A stretch of 64,000 nucleotides of DNA from Octopus sinensis (lineage: Eukaryota), in assembly GCF_006345805.1 (NCBI RefSeq), contig NC_043004.1, positions 5,952,001-6,016,000 of the forward strand, written 5' to 3'. Of the stretch, positions 48,322-61,970 are shown piece after piece. A program made the translations under genes and the position numbers. Position 1 is the stretch's first letter. Each line of letters starts with the position of its first letter. The notes under the pieces were generated by a model. That model had not been told where the DNA came from. It worked only from the letters and a program-made list of their open reading frames with translations, and ran no database searches.

Positions 48322-50189
48322 GGTTGAAGTATAATAGAGGGATAGAAATAGGTGTCTTGCAGTAGAGGAGATACATGGCTACTCCAATAGGAGAGAGAGA
48401 AGAGGGAGAAATAGAGAGAGAGAAAGAGGGGAAAGAAAGATAGACAAATAGATAGACAGAGAGAGAGAGAGAGAGAGAGAGGATTTTACTCGAAGCTAAA
48501 ATAGATAGATAAATTCCCTTGTTGAAGTGATGTAACTATGTTGACTGTAATGGAGATAATAATCCTTTCTTCTGGAAGCACAAAGCCACGAATTTTGAGG
48601 GATGGGACTAGTCGATTAGATTGACCCCAGTGTTTCACTGGTACTTAATTTATTGACCCCGGATTGATGAAAGGAAAGATGGCCTTGGTGGAATTTGGAC
48701 TCAGAATGTAGCAACAGATGGAATACGGCTAAGCATTTCGCCTGGTGATAATAATTACGGTTGTGTGTGTGTGCGTGTTTGTGTGTGTGTGTGTGCGTGT
48801 TTGTGTGTGTGTGTTTGTGTGCATACGTATGTTTCTGTACTTGTGTGTGTGTTTGCGTGTGTATTGTGTATGTTTTTGTGTTTATATCATTGTTTATAGA
48901 AGTTTCAGTGGCAGTGAAATTACAATTGTTAAATATGTATTTATAAGAATAAAGCTGGTCTTCATTCAAAAATGTACAACAGAACACAAAAATTACATAA
49001 TAAGATATCCAGTTCACTAGGACAGTCAGTGCACAGATATATAATATAACCACTGATTATAATGATCCAGCGAAAGATTATCAACATCAGTGATCCTTAA
49101 CCAATATTTTTGTTGTACCCACCTTTCAGGTAGCTGTTGTGCCTAGTGCCCACTAAGTGGTGAGTAATCGCGATTAAACTAACACACCACCACCACCATC
49201 ACCATCATCATTTAATGTCTGTTTTCCATGCTAGCATGGGTTGAATGGTCTGACAGGAGCTGGCCTGCCAAAGAGCTGCCTAGACTCCATGTCTGTTTTG
49301 ACATTGTTTCTACAGCTCAATGCCCTTCCTAATGCTAACCACCTTACAGGGTATGCTACTATAGGTAAAATTTAGCATGTTAATCATGTTACGTCATCAC
49401 CCCTATTACCGCCCCCAAAGTCCCTTCAACATACCCAGCGCTCCCTCTGGGCGTTAAGAACCTCTGCTCTTCATGGCTGATTGATCCAGTAAAAACAGCA
49501 GCTAAAGTCTCACTCATAAACACACCAGACTATTTTAGAAAATACTACATTGAATAATGTAGAACCAGAAAGATAGGAAGGCCACAGCTGGCGATCCTTT
49601 TGATGATAAATCTGCGCAAACAAGTCTGACCTTGGGTGGTGGCAAAGAACAATTGAACATTCGAACTTGTAAACGTTCACGCTTGTTCATCCACTAGAAA
49701 TAGCAGCTAAATATCACTCAAATTACACCCTGCCGTCGCAAAAACTGAAAGACACATTGAATAATGAGGTCTTGGAATGATGGGGAGGCTACGACTGGAT
49801 TTCCTTCCGATAATAGGTTTACTCAACCAAGTTTGGCCAAAGGTAGAGCTAAACAGAAACTGAACACCAAGACCCGCAAACGTTCGCGTCAATTCGTCCA
49901 CTACAAATGCAGACGACAGTTTGGAAACATTCTTTGTGGATGACTGCATTTACTTAAACAATGAATGATATTATGAAGGTGTGGGTTCTCACTCGGGAAT
50001 GACACCTCCTGCTTAAGATTTTGAGAACCTAGCAAAACAGGTAAATAAACAGCCATGAGTCAAAGCCGGAACTGAAAGTGTGTCATGAACTAATCTTATC
50101 AAGAGCTTACCACTACAGTACATTTTATTCTACGCTTACCTCACATAATGATATAATGTGTTGTCCAAGTTATTAGCATTATTCATTTG

Positions 50190-50625
50190 TAGGAAGGTGG
50201 AGTGGGGTGAACTGGCAGAATCGATATTGCACCAGAGAAAATGCTTAGCCGCTTTTCTTCTGGCTCCTTATAGTCTAAATTCAAATCCAGCTAAGGTCGA
50301 CCTTGCTTTTTACCCTTCCAGGGTCGGTAAAAGAATGTACCAGTCAAGTACTTAGGTTGATATGACCAACTAACCTCCTATCCCCAAATTCCAGGCCTTG
50401 TGCCCCATAGTAGAAAGCAGCGTGCTGACAGAATTGTTAGTATGCTAGACAAAATGCTTAGCGGCATTTCTTCCGGCTTTTTATATTCTGAGTTCCAATC
50501 CTGCCGAGGTCAGCTTTGCTCTTCATCCTTTCGGGGTTGATAAAATAAAGCACCAGTCAACACTGAGTTCGATATAATCGACTAACCCTCTCTTTAAATT
50601 GCTTGCGTTAAGTCTAAAATTTGAA
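50190..50625 (+). mobile_element. Two tandem family B SINEs (others at about 45810-46480, 48590-48745 -, 62080-62300 -)
   Basis: GGCAGAAT...GCTTAGC...GAGTTC(A)AATCC...GAGGTC motifs. Confidence 0.7.
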
Positions 50626-51486
50626 ACCATCCATAGTTTTTTTTTGTCTATGCTGTTATTTTTGCTGAAGTGTACACCCGACTCGTAACAGGAAAATAAT
50701 TCCAAATGAAAATAATAGGTAATGAAATATTGTTTTTATTGAATCAACAACCATAGGAATATTTTGTAAAATATTTTATTTAAATTATCATTGACAGATA
50801 TGCGTTTTGTTGATGTTTTCTTATTCAGCTAAATTTTTAGTTGCAATTTAAACTATGATTATTATGTGAGAAAATATATTTAAAGATGTTGCTCAGAATG
50901 CAACTTTTTCAACGTACACATGCACCCACACACTCTTCACAAACTATTACTCAGAGTTTCACGTGACAGATCAGATCCGTGACGTGAAACTGAGTAACAA
51001 TTTGTGAAGTCTTTTCAGCTTCAATTGCAGCAGGTGTGTGTGTGTGCGCGTATGGATGGATGGAAAACGAAAAAATAAAAAGCGAGAATGAAAAAAGAAA
51101 AAACAATTTATCAATAAATTTCAACAAAATCTTATATGGATCCCAGCTGAGAACCACTGGTTTAAAGTATAAAGCATCAGGAGAGTACAGAGCATAATAT
51201 TAATTAATAAATGGCAAAAGAACAGGAGTCACGTCATCACTTCATTAGCTCACAAGTGTTTCTGCTGTAAGAAGCAGCACACTCAGAGCTGAGTATTTTG
51301 CAACATTTTATAGTTTCCTTGGAACCATTGCCCCAGTATGACCGCAGCTCTCGAGCTGAAACTAGTAAAGAGTATGTGTGTATATCGTTTTTAGAAAAAC
51401 AAATCCGGAGAAGCACACTCTAAGAGGTAGAGCAGTATATATATATTCCTGATGAAAGCCGGTTTATGGGGTTACACAGGATTTCA

Positions 51487-51628
51487 CGTCCATAAAAGGT
51501 TTAACCGTATGGCGTATCGTCAGACCCCAAGACCTGTTGGACTAACACCTCTTTAAAATATGGAGGATCTTAGGCCAACAGGTTTGGGGGTCTGACGATA
51601 CGCCATAAGGTTAAACTCTTTATGGACG
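51487..51628. repeat. Inverted repeat (about 58-bp arms), probable MITE core
   Basis: CGTCCATAAA...GGCGTATCGTCAGACCCC...CCTGTTGG paired with its reverse complement, about 26-nt spacer. Confidence 0.7.
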
Positions 51629-52031
51629 GGAGCACAGGGTAATCCCCTCATACACTAAATTCTCGACCTTCGAGTCAATGTAATTTCTACCAATAACAAT
51701 AATAATAATCTTTTCTTTATTGGGTATCCCAAGGGCTTAATAATAATAATAATTATTATTATTATTATCATTATTATTATTTCTCTAAAAGATACAAGGC
51801 CTGAAATTTTGTGCAGTGCATACAAGCGGTACTTATTTTATCGACCGTAGAAGGATGAAAGCTACATAGAGAGAGAGAGAGAGGGAATGTGTGTGTGTGT
51901 GAAGTAGAGAGAAAGAGGGAAGCGCTCTTAACAACACTACCACCACCACCATAACTACCACAGTGGAAAAAAAAAACTAGAGAAATAAAGGGAAGTAACT
52001 GTACAAGCATTTGTGATGTAATTCTCTACAG

Positions 52032-52413
52032 GTTTAATCGGAACTTTACGGCAACCAACGAAGAGTAACGGAAATCCATATAAAACAACAGAATGCCGTC
52101 TGCTTTCAATCTGTTGTGTCGGGATTATTTAACATGTTGTTCGTTCATTATTATTCCAACTGCTATCAACTGAAGTGCACGGCTTCACATCTTCGTCATT
52201 TTCCTTCTAAAACCAACGAGAATTTTTTTGTATTTTCCTAATTTGACTTCCTTCCTCCTAGTGTAAGCCTGCTGTGAAAAATCGGGAGTTTTCTTTCAAA
52301 AAGCAAAGATGTATTATTTGTGAAGTTGTTAATACTAAGAAATGGTGATTCAGACTGGACAAGAATTGCTTGTGTCGTTTTGGATTCATTCAAACCGTAA
52401 TTATACCATAACG
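52032..52413 (+). other. Candidate 5' exon, possibly with coding start MVIQTGQELLVSFWIHSNRNYTIT
   Basis: Acceptor ttctctacag| at 52031, strong donor ACG|GTAAGT at 52413/52414, ATG at 52342 giving a phase-0 junction; unique, CpG-containing sequence. Confidence 0.3.
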
Positions 52414-55400
52414 GTAAGTAGAAATATAGACAGAAGGAATGAAAGAAATAAAATGAAAGGGAAAAAAACCAAATATGAAAGAGAATTTGATAAAATTTCT
52501 TGCATTTTAGTAGCGTGTTTTATTTTGTGTATATATATATATATATATTCTATTATAATAATAATTGTTGCATTTTTTATCAGGTGTGTAAGCCTTCATT
52601 CATTAGTTTACCTTCACGTTCAAATGCATATACACTCATATATATGCAACAAATACCGATAAAATTCGAATGTACACCGTCTGAAAGGTGTTTGTAAAAA
52701 AATTTCATTGAAAGTATTTTTTTGAAAGTTATCAGGAAACAGTCGGGTGGGGGCATGCTTATGTAGGTATGCCATACGTGTGTGTATACACACACACATA
52801 TAGCATGTTAGGCAGTAGAAGGAATTCTTCCTTCAATTCTTCAAAACGTATTCAATAACATTACAACACAGCACAAGAAGCTGTTAGAAATAGCAGTCAG
52901 ATTTCCTCCTTCAGCTCACACCCAACCATCTAAATATATACATACGTGTCTCATTGGACAATAAAGTCCTCGGTCTACAAAAAAAAAAAAGACTGGCTGG
53001 ACATGGCTGAAACGTCTCTGTTAGTAGTTGGCCTACTCTATCGGGTCAGACCTGGTGCTAAACAACAACAACAACACTAACATTATTATTTTGGGGGATG
53101 CAGAGACGGACGACCAGGTTTCCCTCCATACTGTAATGAAAGATGATAATACATTAGAATAGATGTGATGCAAGAAAGATATACACTCGAAGGCATTTGT
53201 CCTAATATTATTTTATCGAAGTATTAGTTGTTTATCTTAGTTTAACCATTTCCCTCTCACTCCTTCTAAATAAATTACCAAAGACCAGTTAAGAATTCTT
53301 GGTTTTTCGTATCTATACATTTGGTTGCACAGCCTGTTGTCGTTTGACTTGGTTTATTCATTCTAAATTTGTGAGCTTTTATTGCTGTTATTTTCATTAC
53401 TATTACTAAGTGATATTTGTTATTATTATTATTATTACCAAGTGAACGCAGTGAAAACTACTGGGATTGCTTTCAGTTTGCAATATTTACTTAGTGTTGA
53501 CGGGGGCATCTTTGGATGTTGTTTATGTAAACAATCTGTAAAGACAAGCAAGCACAGGGACACACACAGAGTCGTATATGTGTACCGAAGTTGTGTGGCA
53601 TGTCACAAACCGAGAGATAAATGTTTGTGCATGCAGAAATATATGAATACATAAGTATTATGTATGCAATATGCTCGAATAATTTAAATACTTCCACATA
53701 TACATATTCAGAGAATAGATGTATTATGTGGGGGGATATACGTTTTCAATATATATATATACCTACATAATTTATCTTTTTTTTTTTCTTTTCGACGTCA
53801 AGCCCTAATAAAATAATGAACGTCTTGAGACATATTTTATGAATTCAAATTTCCGGAGTAAGGACTCAACCGCAAGTTAAATGAATTATTAGTAGATAAT
53901 ATAATAATGTCAGTTAATGTAGTCATTCGGTTGTTGCTTTGTTTCCTCGTTGATGACGACTATTACTATCTGTGGATGTATTTGGCACTGAAGAAAAAAA
54001 AAAAGCATATATATTCATTCATATGTATTTATGCCTGTAATAGGTCATTGGTCTCTTGCAAATAGGTAACTGCCAAACAGCGAATGCTGTACTGGTTAAG
54101 AGAACTACTGGAGTCTGCATGTGTGTGTAGACACACACACATATACAACTCTGGTCTATTGATTGTCACGAGACACTATTGTCAGTTGCTAGGAGTTGTT
54201 ATGATTCTATCCCAGTGATCTTTATGTTGCACTAATTTCTATTAAACTATTACAGTAGCATTTCCGAAATGAAACTAATATATATATGTATATAATATTG
54301 GAAGTAATTTTTTTGGGGGGATGGGGAGGGAAGATGCTTCTATGATGTCAATTTCCTCTCTTTTTAATTAAACTTGTAATGATATTCCAAGATTTAATAT
54401 AGAAGTTCCTTTGGGTAATTTTTTTTTTTTTTGCATTTCAAAAATAATATATAATAAACATGAGCAGTGATTTTTAATTCTGCTGTGTTGAGTCATAAGA
54501 AGCTGAGGATGACAAATTTGCTCTTAATTAGGATTAGATGCTCTCTTTATCATATTAATTTAAGATCTTCCACTGAACCTGTTGAGTCATTATAAATTTA
54601 TGCTTTATATGTTGTTATTTACCCCAAGCAGCCCTGATCAAGCTCAGCTTATAATTAAGCTTATATTTCAGACATGACCATTCCATTATTTCCAATATCT
54701 ACATTATGCTGTGTGTTTGTTTTTAAAGATTAGGAGGGTGTAATTTGATGGAAACTTAGCTGCTATTTTCTGCTGGTCGAGTGTAGAAGCTTGCTCATTG
54801 GCTAGTTCCTGTGTTAATAATTGATTTTGATGTATGGCTTCTCTTTATCATTCACATCAGAGCTTTTTATATAACGCCATCATTATCATTGAATGTCCGT
54901 TTTCCATGCTGGCATGAGTTGGACAGTTCACCAGGAGCTGCGAGCTAGTGAGCTACACCATTCACCATTTGTCTGTTTTGGCTGGATGCCCTTCCTAACG
55001 CCATCCTCTTTACAGAGTATACTGGATGGTTTTTACATGGCACCAGTAGAATCGCCAAGGAGCTTGCAAAACAAAGACCTCACAGCTGAGAGAGAGATGG
55101 AACTGAGGAAAGTGGCTGTGAGCTAGGTGAAAGGTTAGTACGAGAGAGGGACAGAGATAATTGTCTTACTATAAGAAGGGTTACTTGGCTACCAATAGGA
55201 CAGAGAAGGAGATGAATGTGAAAGAGAGAAAGATAGACAGTCAGCATGAGAGACCCAATTACTAACTCTCAGTAGAAATAAATCATTCAAGTAAATGATA
55301 CTTTCACTAATTAACTCTATAATTAACAATAGACTGTGTTAACATTATTGGAGTGAAGCTTATTTTATTTTATTTTTAATACTGAAATTAATCTTAACAT

Positions 55401-55989
55401 ATGAATCATCTTAAATACTTTCATTAACTTTTAATGTTATTAAAATTGAATGAAATTTGCATAACCCAATTTGTTCTCATTAAAACCTATGTGTAATTAT
55501 ATGCATTATAAAAATCTGTGGTTTTCTCATATTTCCAACATGGCACAGTGGTTTGGTTTATTCTACTGCATGGCATCTTGTGCAGTTGTCTTTTGCTATA
55601 GACCTGGGTTAACCAAAGTAGTAGAAGAGTGGATTTGGTAAAAGGAAAGTGAAAGAAGCCTGTCGTGTGTGTGTGTGTATCTTTGACTAGACATTATATG
55701 ATGGTTGTAAACGAGCATCATCATTATATAAGTGGGGTTGTTTGTTTCCGGTTTTCTGTGAAAAACTTGTCTAACTCTGTTAAAACATTACCTTGTTTGG
55801 AAACAGTTAAGGGTTGATGACAGGAAAGCCATCCAGCTGTAAAAAAATCTGCCTTAACAGCTTCCAGCTGACCAAGCATAGAAAAGCGAATGTTAAATGA
55901 TGAACATGATACTCTGACAATATTTGAGCTATGAACCTTTATCTCAAGAATGAATGAATTATACGAACAACATTACATATAAGGATAAT

Positions 55990-56400
55990 GTTAATGCACC
56001 TGAACCTGCTAAACAAAGATAGCATGCAACTAGAACTGTCAACATTGCTATACATGCTTGATCTCACCATTAGCAAGTATCTCTCCTGGCAAATGCATAT
56101 TCTCAACACTGCCAAAAACTACATCGCTAAGACTGAGTTTCTTCTTCGGAGCTGCAAAATATTTCAAACCCCAGTAATTATTAGCTGTCTCCAAAACTCA
56201 AGTGAGATCCACAATGAAGTTCTGCTTCCACATTTGGGAATGTACTGTTGCTACACACACAGGCATCCTAGATCCTATCCTAACAAAGGTCTCTAAAACT
56301 GATTGGCTGGAAATCACTCACCAACACTGATCAGCCTAGATGTGGGGCAGGAATCTTTTCATGTAGGAAGGATGCATTGAAGCTAACTGCCATCAGGTAT
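55990..56400 (+). mobile_element. CR1/L2/Jockey-group RT C-terminal remnant
   Basis: LDLTISKYLSWQMHILNTAK...EFLLRSCK resembles LG+TIS..LSW..HI. Confidence 0.55.
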
Positions 56401-56444
56401 TGTGCACATCTCAAAAAGAAAATTTTATACTGCTAAACCGTCTG

Positions 56445-56800
56445 TTCTTTTATCTTGTTTCAGTCATTGGGCTATGGCTATGCTGGGGCACAAGCTTTGA
56501 AGGGTTGAATCAAACAATTCAACTCCCAGTACTTATTAAGTCTGGTACTTATTCTATTGTCCTCTTTTGCTGAACTATATGGGCATAAACAAACCAACAC
56601 TGGTTGTCAAGCAGTGGCAGGAACACACACACACACACATGACCAGCATCCATCCAGTTTCTGTCTACCAGATTCACTCACACTATATTGGTTGGCCTGG
56701 CACTATAGCAGAAGACATTTGTTCAAATTGCCACTCAGTGGAACTGAACCAGAAACCATATGGTTGCAAAGTGAGCTTCTTAACTATACAACCTTACCTG
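56445..56800 (-). mobile_element. SINE family A
   Basis: Reverse-complement family motifs. Confidence 0.75.
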
Positions 56801-59042
56801 TTGAATAAATTATTACTAATTATTCATAAAAACTCTTCCAAAATGTAAAAGAATCTGGTGTTTCAGACTAAGTACCCCCATCATAGCTTTTCCCCAAAAT
56901 TTCTTTGGATTTTTATATTTTAAATGCAATCGTGTTCGTGAATGTTTCCTAGATTTTAGAAAAGGCACACCATATTCATGCATGTTACAAGAAGTAGCTA
57001 AAAGGTTGGCATCAGGTGGAGCACCAAGCCATAAAACACTGCCTCAAAAAGTCCCTGCCCAGCCTGTATCAGCATGGAAAAGGTAATCTAAAATCAATAC
57101 TGATGATAATATATACAGACTCCAGTAGTTCTGTTGACCAGTATTTGCTATTTGGCTGTTATCTATTTACAATAAATTATTTTAACCCTTTAACATTCAA
57201 ATTTCTCTGTCAAATGTGATGCTTATTTATTCACATCATTTTGAATTTATCCTGCATTATTTTGTAGCTTAGATTTTGATTATGTGATTGTTTATTTTTA
57301 GACTAACATAGCAGGGTGTGTGTGAGAGGTTAGATCTGGTCAATTTGAACATAAAACAGGTAGAATATTTAGGCTGGATTTGGCCAGAGTAAATGCTAAA
57401 GAGTTAAGTACAGATAAAAAAACATAAATTTCTATGTTTAAAAGTTTCAAAAATTTGCAATAAGCTTTAAATATTAAAATCAAATCAACAGAATGATATT
57501 TCAGTACAATGATTTTTCCCATTTCTATTTTCTTCAGAAAACTGCATATTCCCTGTCTCTTCTCCTCTAACCTCTGACCCTCACACATGCTTGCTGTCTC
57601 CTCTCTCTGCCTCTATTACCATTGTACCAGTGACCTCTGTTTGCCTTGTTCCACCTCCACTCAGGCACTCCCAACTTGTGTCTCTTCTATTCTATACCCA
57701 TAGTGTCTCCACTCTCAAGCCCTGTTCTATTATTATACCTATTCTTTCCTCTTACGGGAGCTCAATGCTGCCCTGCAGCTTGCTGGATCCTTCAAACCAT
57801 GTAACCCATGCTAGCATGGAAAATTGGATGTTAAAATGATGATGGAATGAACATTGCCTTTCTGGAATTCTTTCATTTTTTTTCTTTTATAGTCTTTGAC
57901 TTGAAACTATTTAACAGGAATATTAACTACTTTGAGCTCACCAATCACAGTGGATCTTCAAAGGCCATGGACACAAACCTGTTCTCCAGGCTAAACTAAC
58001 GCAGAACTCCTGACTCCCTCCCACCAAAAAACTTTTTTCATTTAACTTCTATGGAAGTAAACAACTCTTTCAAGTTTGCAAATTCATTTATTTGCAAGAA
58101 ACTGCTTCCAGCTATATCAGCAAATTAAAATAAAAGAAAAATACCCAATAGTTTCTGATGAACTAAATAAAGTGCTGGAATCATTGATTCAAATGATGCA
58201 AGTTCATCTCTCCAGGAAAGAGACATTTTATATATAAATACAATAGGGTGGGTACAGGTGAAGGTTGGTAACAGGAATGACATTCAATTATCGAAAATCT
58301 GCTCAATGAATTCCATGCAAGCATAGGAAAGTGTATGTTAAAGCAATGATGAGTATAATATAGCAAGTTGAAAAACTTTGATCATCTGAATCTATCCAAG
58401 TAATTACTAGACAAAATATTCAACTGGAGGTGTTTAAAATTTCAAAACAATTAAAGGGGGTAATTAATGAGATTAGTCAATTGATTTAAACTTTAGGACA
58501 ATATAGACAATGCATATATCACTGTGCTTTATAGCTATAGGTTTGAAATGAATTATGTTTGAAATTTGATCTTTGTATTTGTAACAATCAGCAGGTTAGA
58601 CAAAATGAACATATTACACTAATGTCTTGCTCCTGCTTCTTATCTATTAATTCTTAGGCAGTATTTATGTTTTTAATGCTGCTGACACTAGATTAAATGG
58701 TACTGCCCAGGAGTCAAAAGGATAATCGTATCTGTTAGGCAGTTGATGATGGATGTATGTTTGATTACTAAGTTTTTTGTATCTTGTGTTCTTGTGATTC
58801 TACATTGTCTTTCATTGAAATTCTAGCTCTTCTAGGGTTGAACTTGTTTATAGTTGTTGGTTTATGGTTGGTTTTATTGTATATATTAATTATACCATAC
58901 ATTGATATTGCATGATTACCCTTCATTTGGATTCTATTTCTCATAAGTGTAATACTTGTTTAAAGGTTTCCAGTTTATAGAAGTTTTGTTGCATATTAGA
59001 GTGAAGCATATTTCCACAATATCTGCAAGATTTAAAGTAATT

Positions 59043-59085
<43 letters not shown>

Positions 59086-59088
<3 letters not shown>

Positions 59089-59416
59089 ATTGCAGCGTGG
59101 AAGGTGTTTATAAGCCATTTAAGAAACACACAAAAGCCGTTCGATTCACTTCAACATTTAAGTTTAATTTGTCAAAATATTTTCGTCGCTAAAATCCGCG
59201 ACCTGTTCACTGACAAAAATCCGTGCTGCATCTGCAGTGAACAGGTCGCGGATTTTAGCGACGAAAATATTTTGACAAATTAAACTTAAATGTTGAAGTG
59301 AATCGAACGGCTTTTGTGTGTTTCTTAAATGGCTTATAAACACCTTCCACGCTGCAATTGTTTTCGTTTCAGCACACGATCTCAGATCAAGTCACTTGCT
59401 ATGCAAGTACATCTCA
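59086..59416. mobile_element. Palindromic MITE-like element (perfect 127-bp arms plus a unique tail)
   Basis: 59086-59212 is the exact reverse complement of 59235-59361 (22-nt spacer); tail ...GATCTCAGATCAAGTCACTTGCTATGCAAGTACATCTC; flanked by (TA)n. Confidence 0.75.
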
Positions 59417-60169
59417 ATAATATATATATATATATATTATATATATATATATAAGATAGAGATAGTGTGTTGGATGTTTATTATAGATGTCAGCAATATG
59501 GTTGAAGTTCAATACCAAAGAGGGGAATTTTGTATACTAAGTATGCATATGGTGGCTTTCACATATGCAAAAGAGTGATTTGATAAATTTTTATCAACCA
59601 AAATTTTACAAACACAGTGAATAATAAATTGTATTAAGATAGCTTAAGACTCATTTTTCATGCAGTCATTGTAACCTCTCATTAAAATAATATAATTATT
59701 ATACTAAGTCATCATTATTTAATGTCCATTTTTCCATACTAGCATGGGTTGGATGGTTTCACAGGATCTGGTGAACCCTTCCTAGAACCAACCACTGTAC
59801 AGTGTGTGTATTCAGTGCTTTTTCTCATGCTGCTGGCAACTGTCTAAAACATTAAACTCTATTTCAACCTCATCCCATACTATCTTATTTTATATCTAAT
59901 TCAATTCCTACCGACACATGAAAACTTATCAAATCTAGTGACTGAAATATTAATTACTAAACATATGTTCAAGAGTTCAAACACACAACAATCCTTTTGT
60001 TGTATTCATTGCATTATTTCAATTTGTCTGACTGACAAATATGTGTTCTTGATTATAGAAATAGCATTCAACTGTAAAACATAAACACTCCTTTTGTATG
60101 ATTTAGCATAAAACTAAATGTGAAACAACTAATATATGAATCAATAATATCCATCCATCCATTTTCACT

Positions 60170-60470
60170 GACTATTATTCCTGGGAGGGTTATGAGTGTA
60201 GAGTCTTCAGGCACCTCCTCTATACAGTCCTTTCAGAAGTAACTGTTATTACACTTTCAGGCTGGATTCCTAGATATTTTGTTTTTGGTCTAACGCTAGG
60301 TCTCCCAGTTGGCTCAGCTTGAAGAATCTGTCTTGCAATTCTTTCTTGCAACTTTCTAATCACATGTCCATAGTACTGGAGTTCTGAGCTCTCAGTACCA
60401 AGAAGCAATGGCTTGACCTGGAGAGATTCTCTGGCCACTAAGCTGTTTACCCTATCAAGTAACATTACTA
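60170..60470 (-). mobile_element. RTE LINE fragment
   Basis: LQYYGHVIRK...RIARQILQAEPTGRPSVRPK motif. Confidence 0.65.
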
Positions 60471-61599
60471 CAAGGAACTTTCAGAGGAACCCCATTTCAG
60501 CTGTTTATATTAATAATATATCTAAAATATATTAAGTTCCAAGCAGTACTGAGAGTTTATGTTGAAGGGAATGAAGACCAACCAAAAATGTCTTGGTTTT
60601 AGTCAATAATGATGATAGCCAGTGACAAAATAGAGATAATTTTAATAAAGACCGGGATATGTGAAGTGTTGCAAAAAATTGTGGCTGGTTGTTCAAGTTT
60701 GCAAACTAAAAATACAGTCTTGAGGGATTTGCTTTTGTTGTTTGAAATATTATTTGTTATTTGAAGTAAAATTTAAAAAAAAAAGAGCCAACTACTGAAG
60801 CCATTGAATGGCTTTATTGGATAAAAAAAAATATAAAGAGTGTATTCACTAAAGTATTGATAGAAATTAACAGAGTAAATAAATCATAGAACCAAAATAG
60901 CATTTGGCTCTCACACTGACTCCTTTAATCGATATATTTGTCGAACCATCACTAAATTTCAGTATAAGTATCTTTGTTGGAAATATAATTTGCATATTAA
61001 CTATTATATTTCCTCAAAATAGAACAATAAAACATTGGCTTCCATATTTGTTTGTTTGTCTGTCTGTCTGTCTGTCTCTCTATGTGTCCTTCCATCTGTG
61101 CGTCTGTCCTGGTTTTTAGAATAGGTATATTGTAGCCCTGCATGCCACAAGCAACAACTAAGTGAGTTGGTGTCAGAAAGGGCATCTTGCCATAACACTG
61201 ACTCAAAAAGACTTAGCTAGTCTTTGTTGGCATAAGAGAGTGAACTTAATAACAGCTTCAAATTTTAGCACAAGGCCAACAATTTTAGGGAGCAGGGTTG
61301 GTTGATTACATTGACCCCAGTACTTAACATGACTTCTGCAAATTCTATATCCATAACTTAGCTGTATCAAAGAATTTGTATGTTCATTATTAGAGCCAAA
61401 AGGTCTTGTACAGTTGTTGATTTCAGGTTTTGGGTATGGTATTTTGGTTTCCACTAACAAAATATTGGAGTGAATCCAAAGAAAATATATCTACTGATAA
61501 ACACACTTGCTGTCCTAATATACTTCTAGTTCACAGCTGAGCTGTCTTGTATATTTTTATTTTCCAGTCTTTACTACAATGCAGGGAAATGGTTGAAAG

Positions 61600-61970
61600 G
61601 AAATTGTAGAAGACTGGCATTCTGGGAGGCAAGGATTTGGCATAGTTGTTAGTGGAGAGCTAGGTGCATGACACAGTATGGTTGATGAGTTAGGTATGTC
61701 AAGTGAACTTGGATGGAGGTGATATGTAACCAGCTAGTTCTGTGAAGTGGAGCGCATTGTAATATCAGTAGAGGAGACATAGGGTAGGTAGGACATCGGT
61801 TAAGTAGAGGAGCTTCCTTTTGGATATGGTGAGTAACATCATCATAAGTATGGCAGCAGTATTTAACTATGGGTATATCTTGAGCTTTGTAGAGAAAACA
61901 GCCAATGATCTGAGCAGTAATATGGGCTACTTTTGGGGAAATGCAGTGTTTATTATGTAATAAATGTGAG
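61600..61970 (-). mobile_element. CR1/L2/Jockey-group RT C-terminal remnant
   Basis: LYKAQDIPIVKYCCHTY resembles LYKAQ+RP.+EYC.H+W. Confidence 0.55.
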
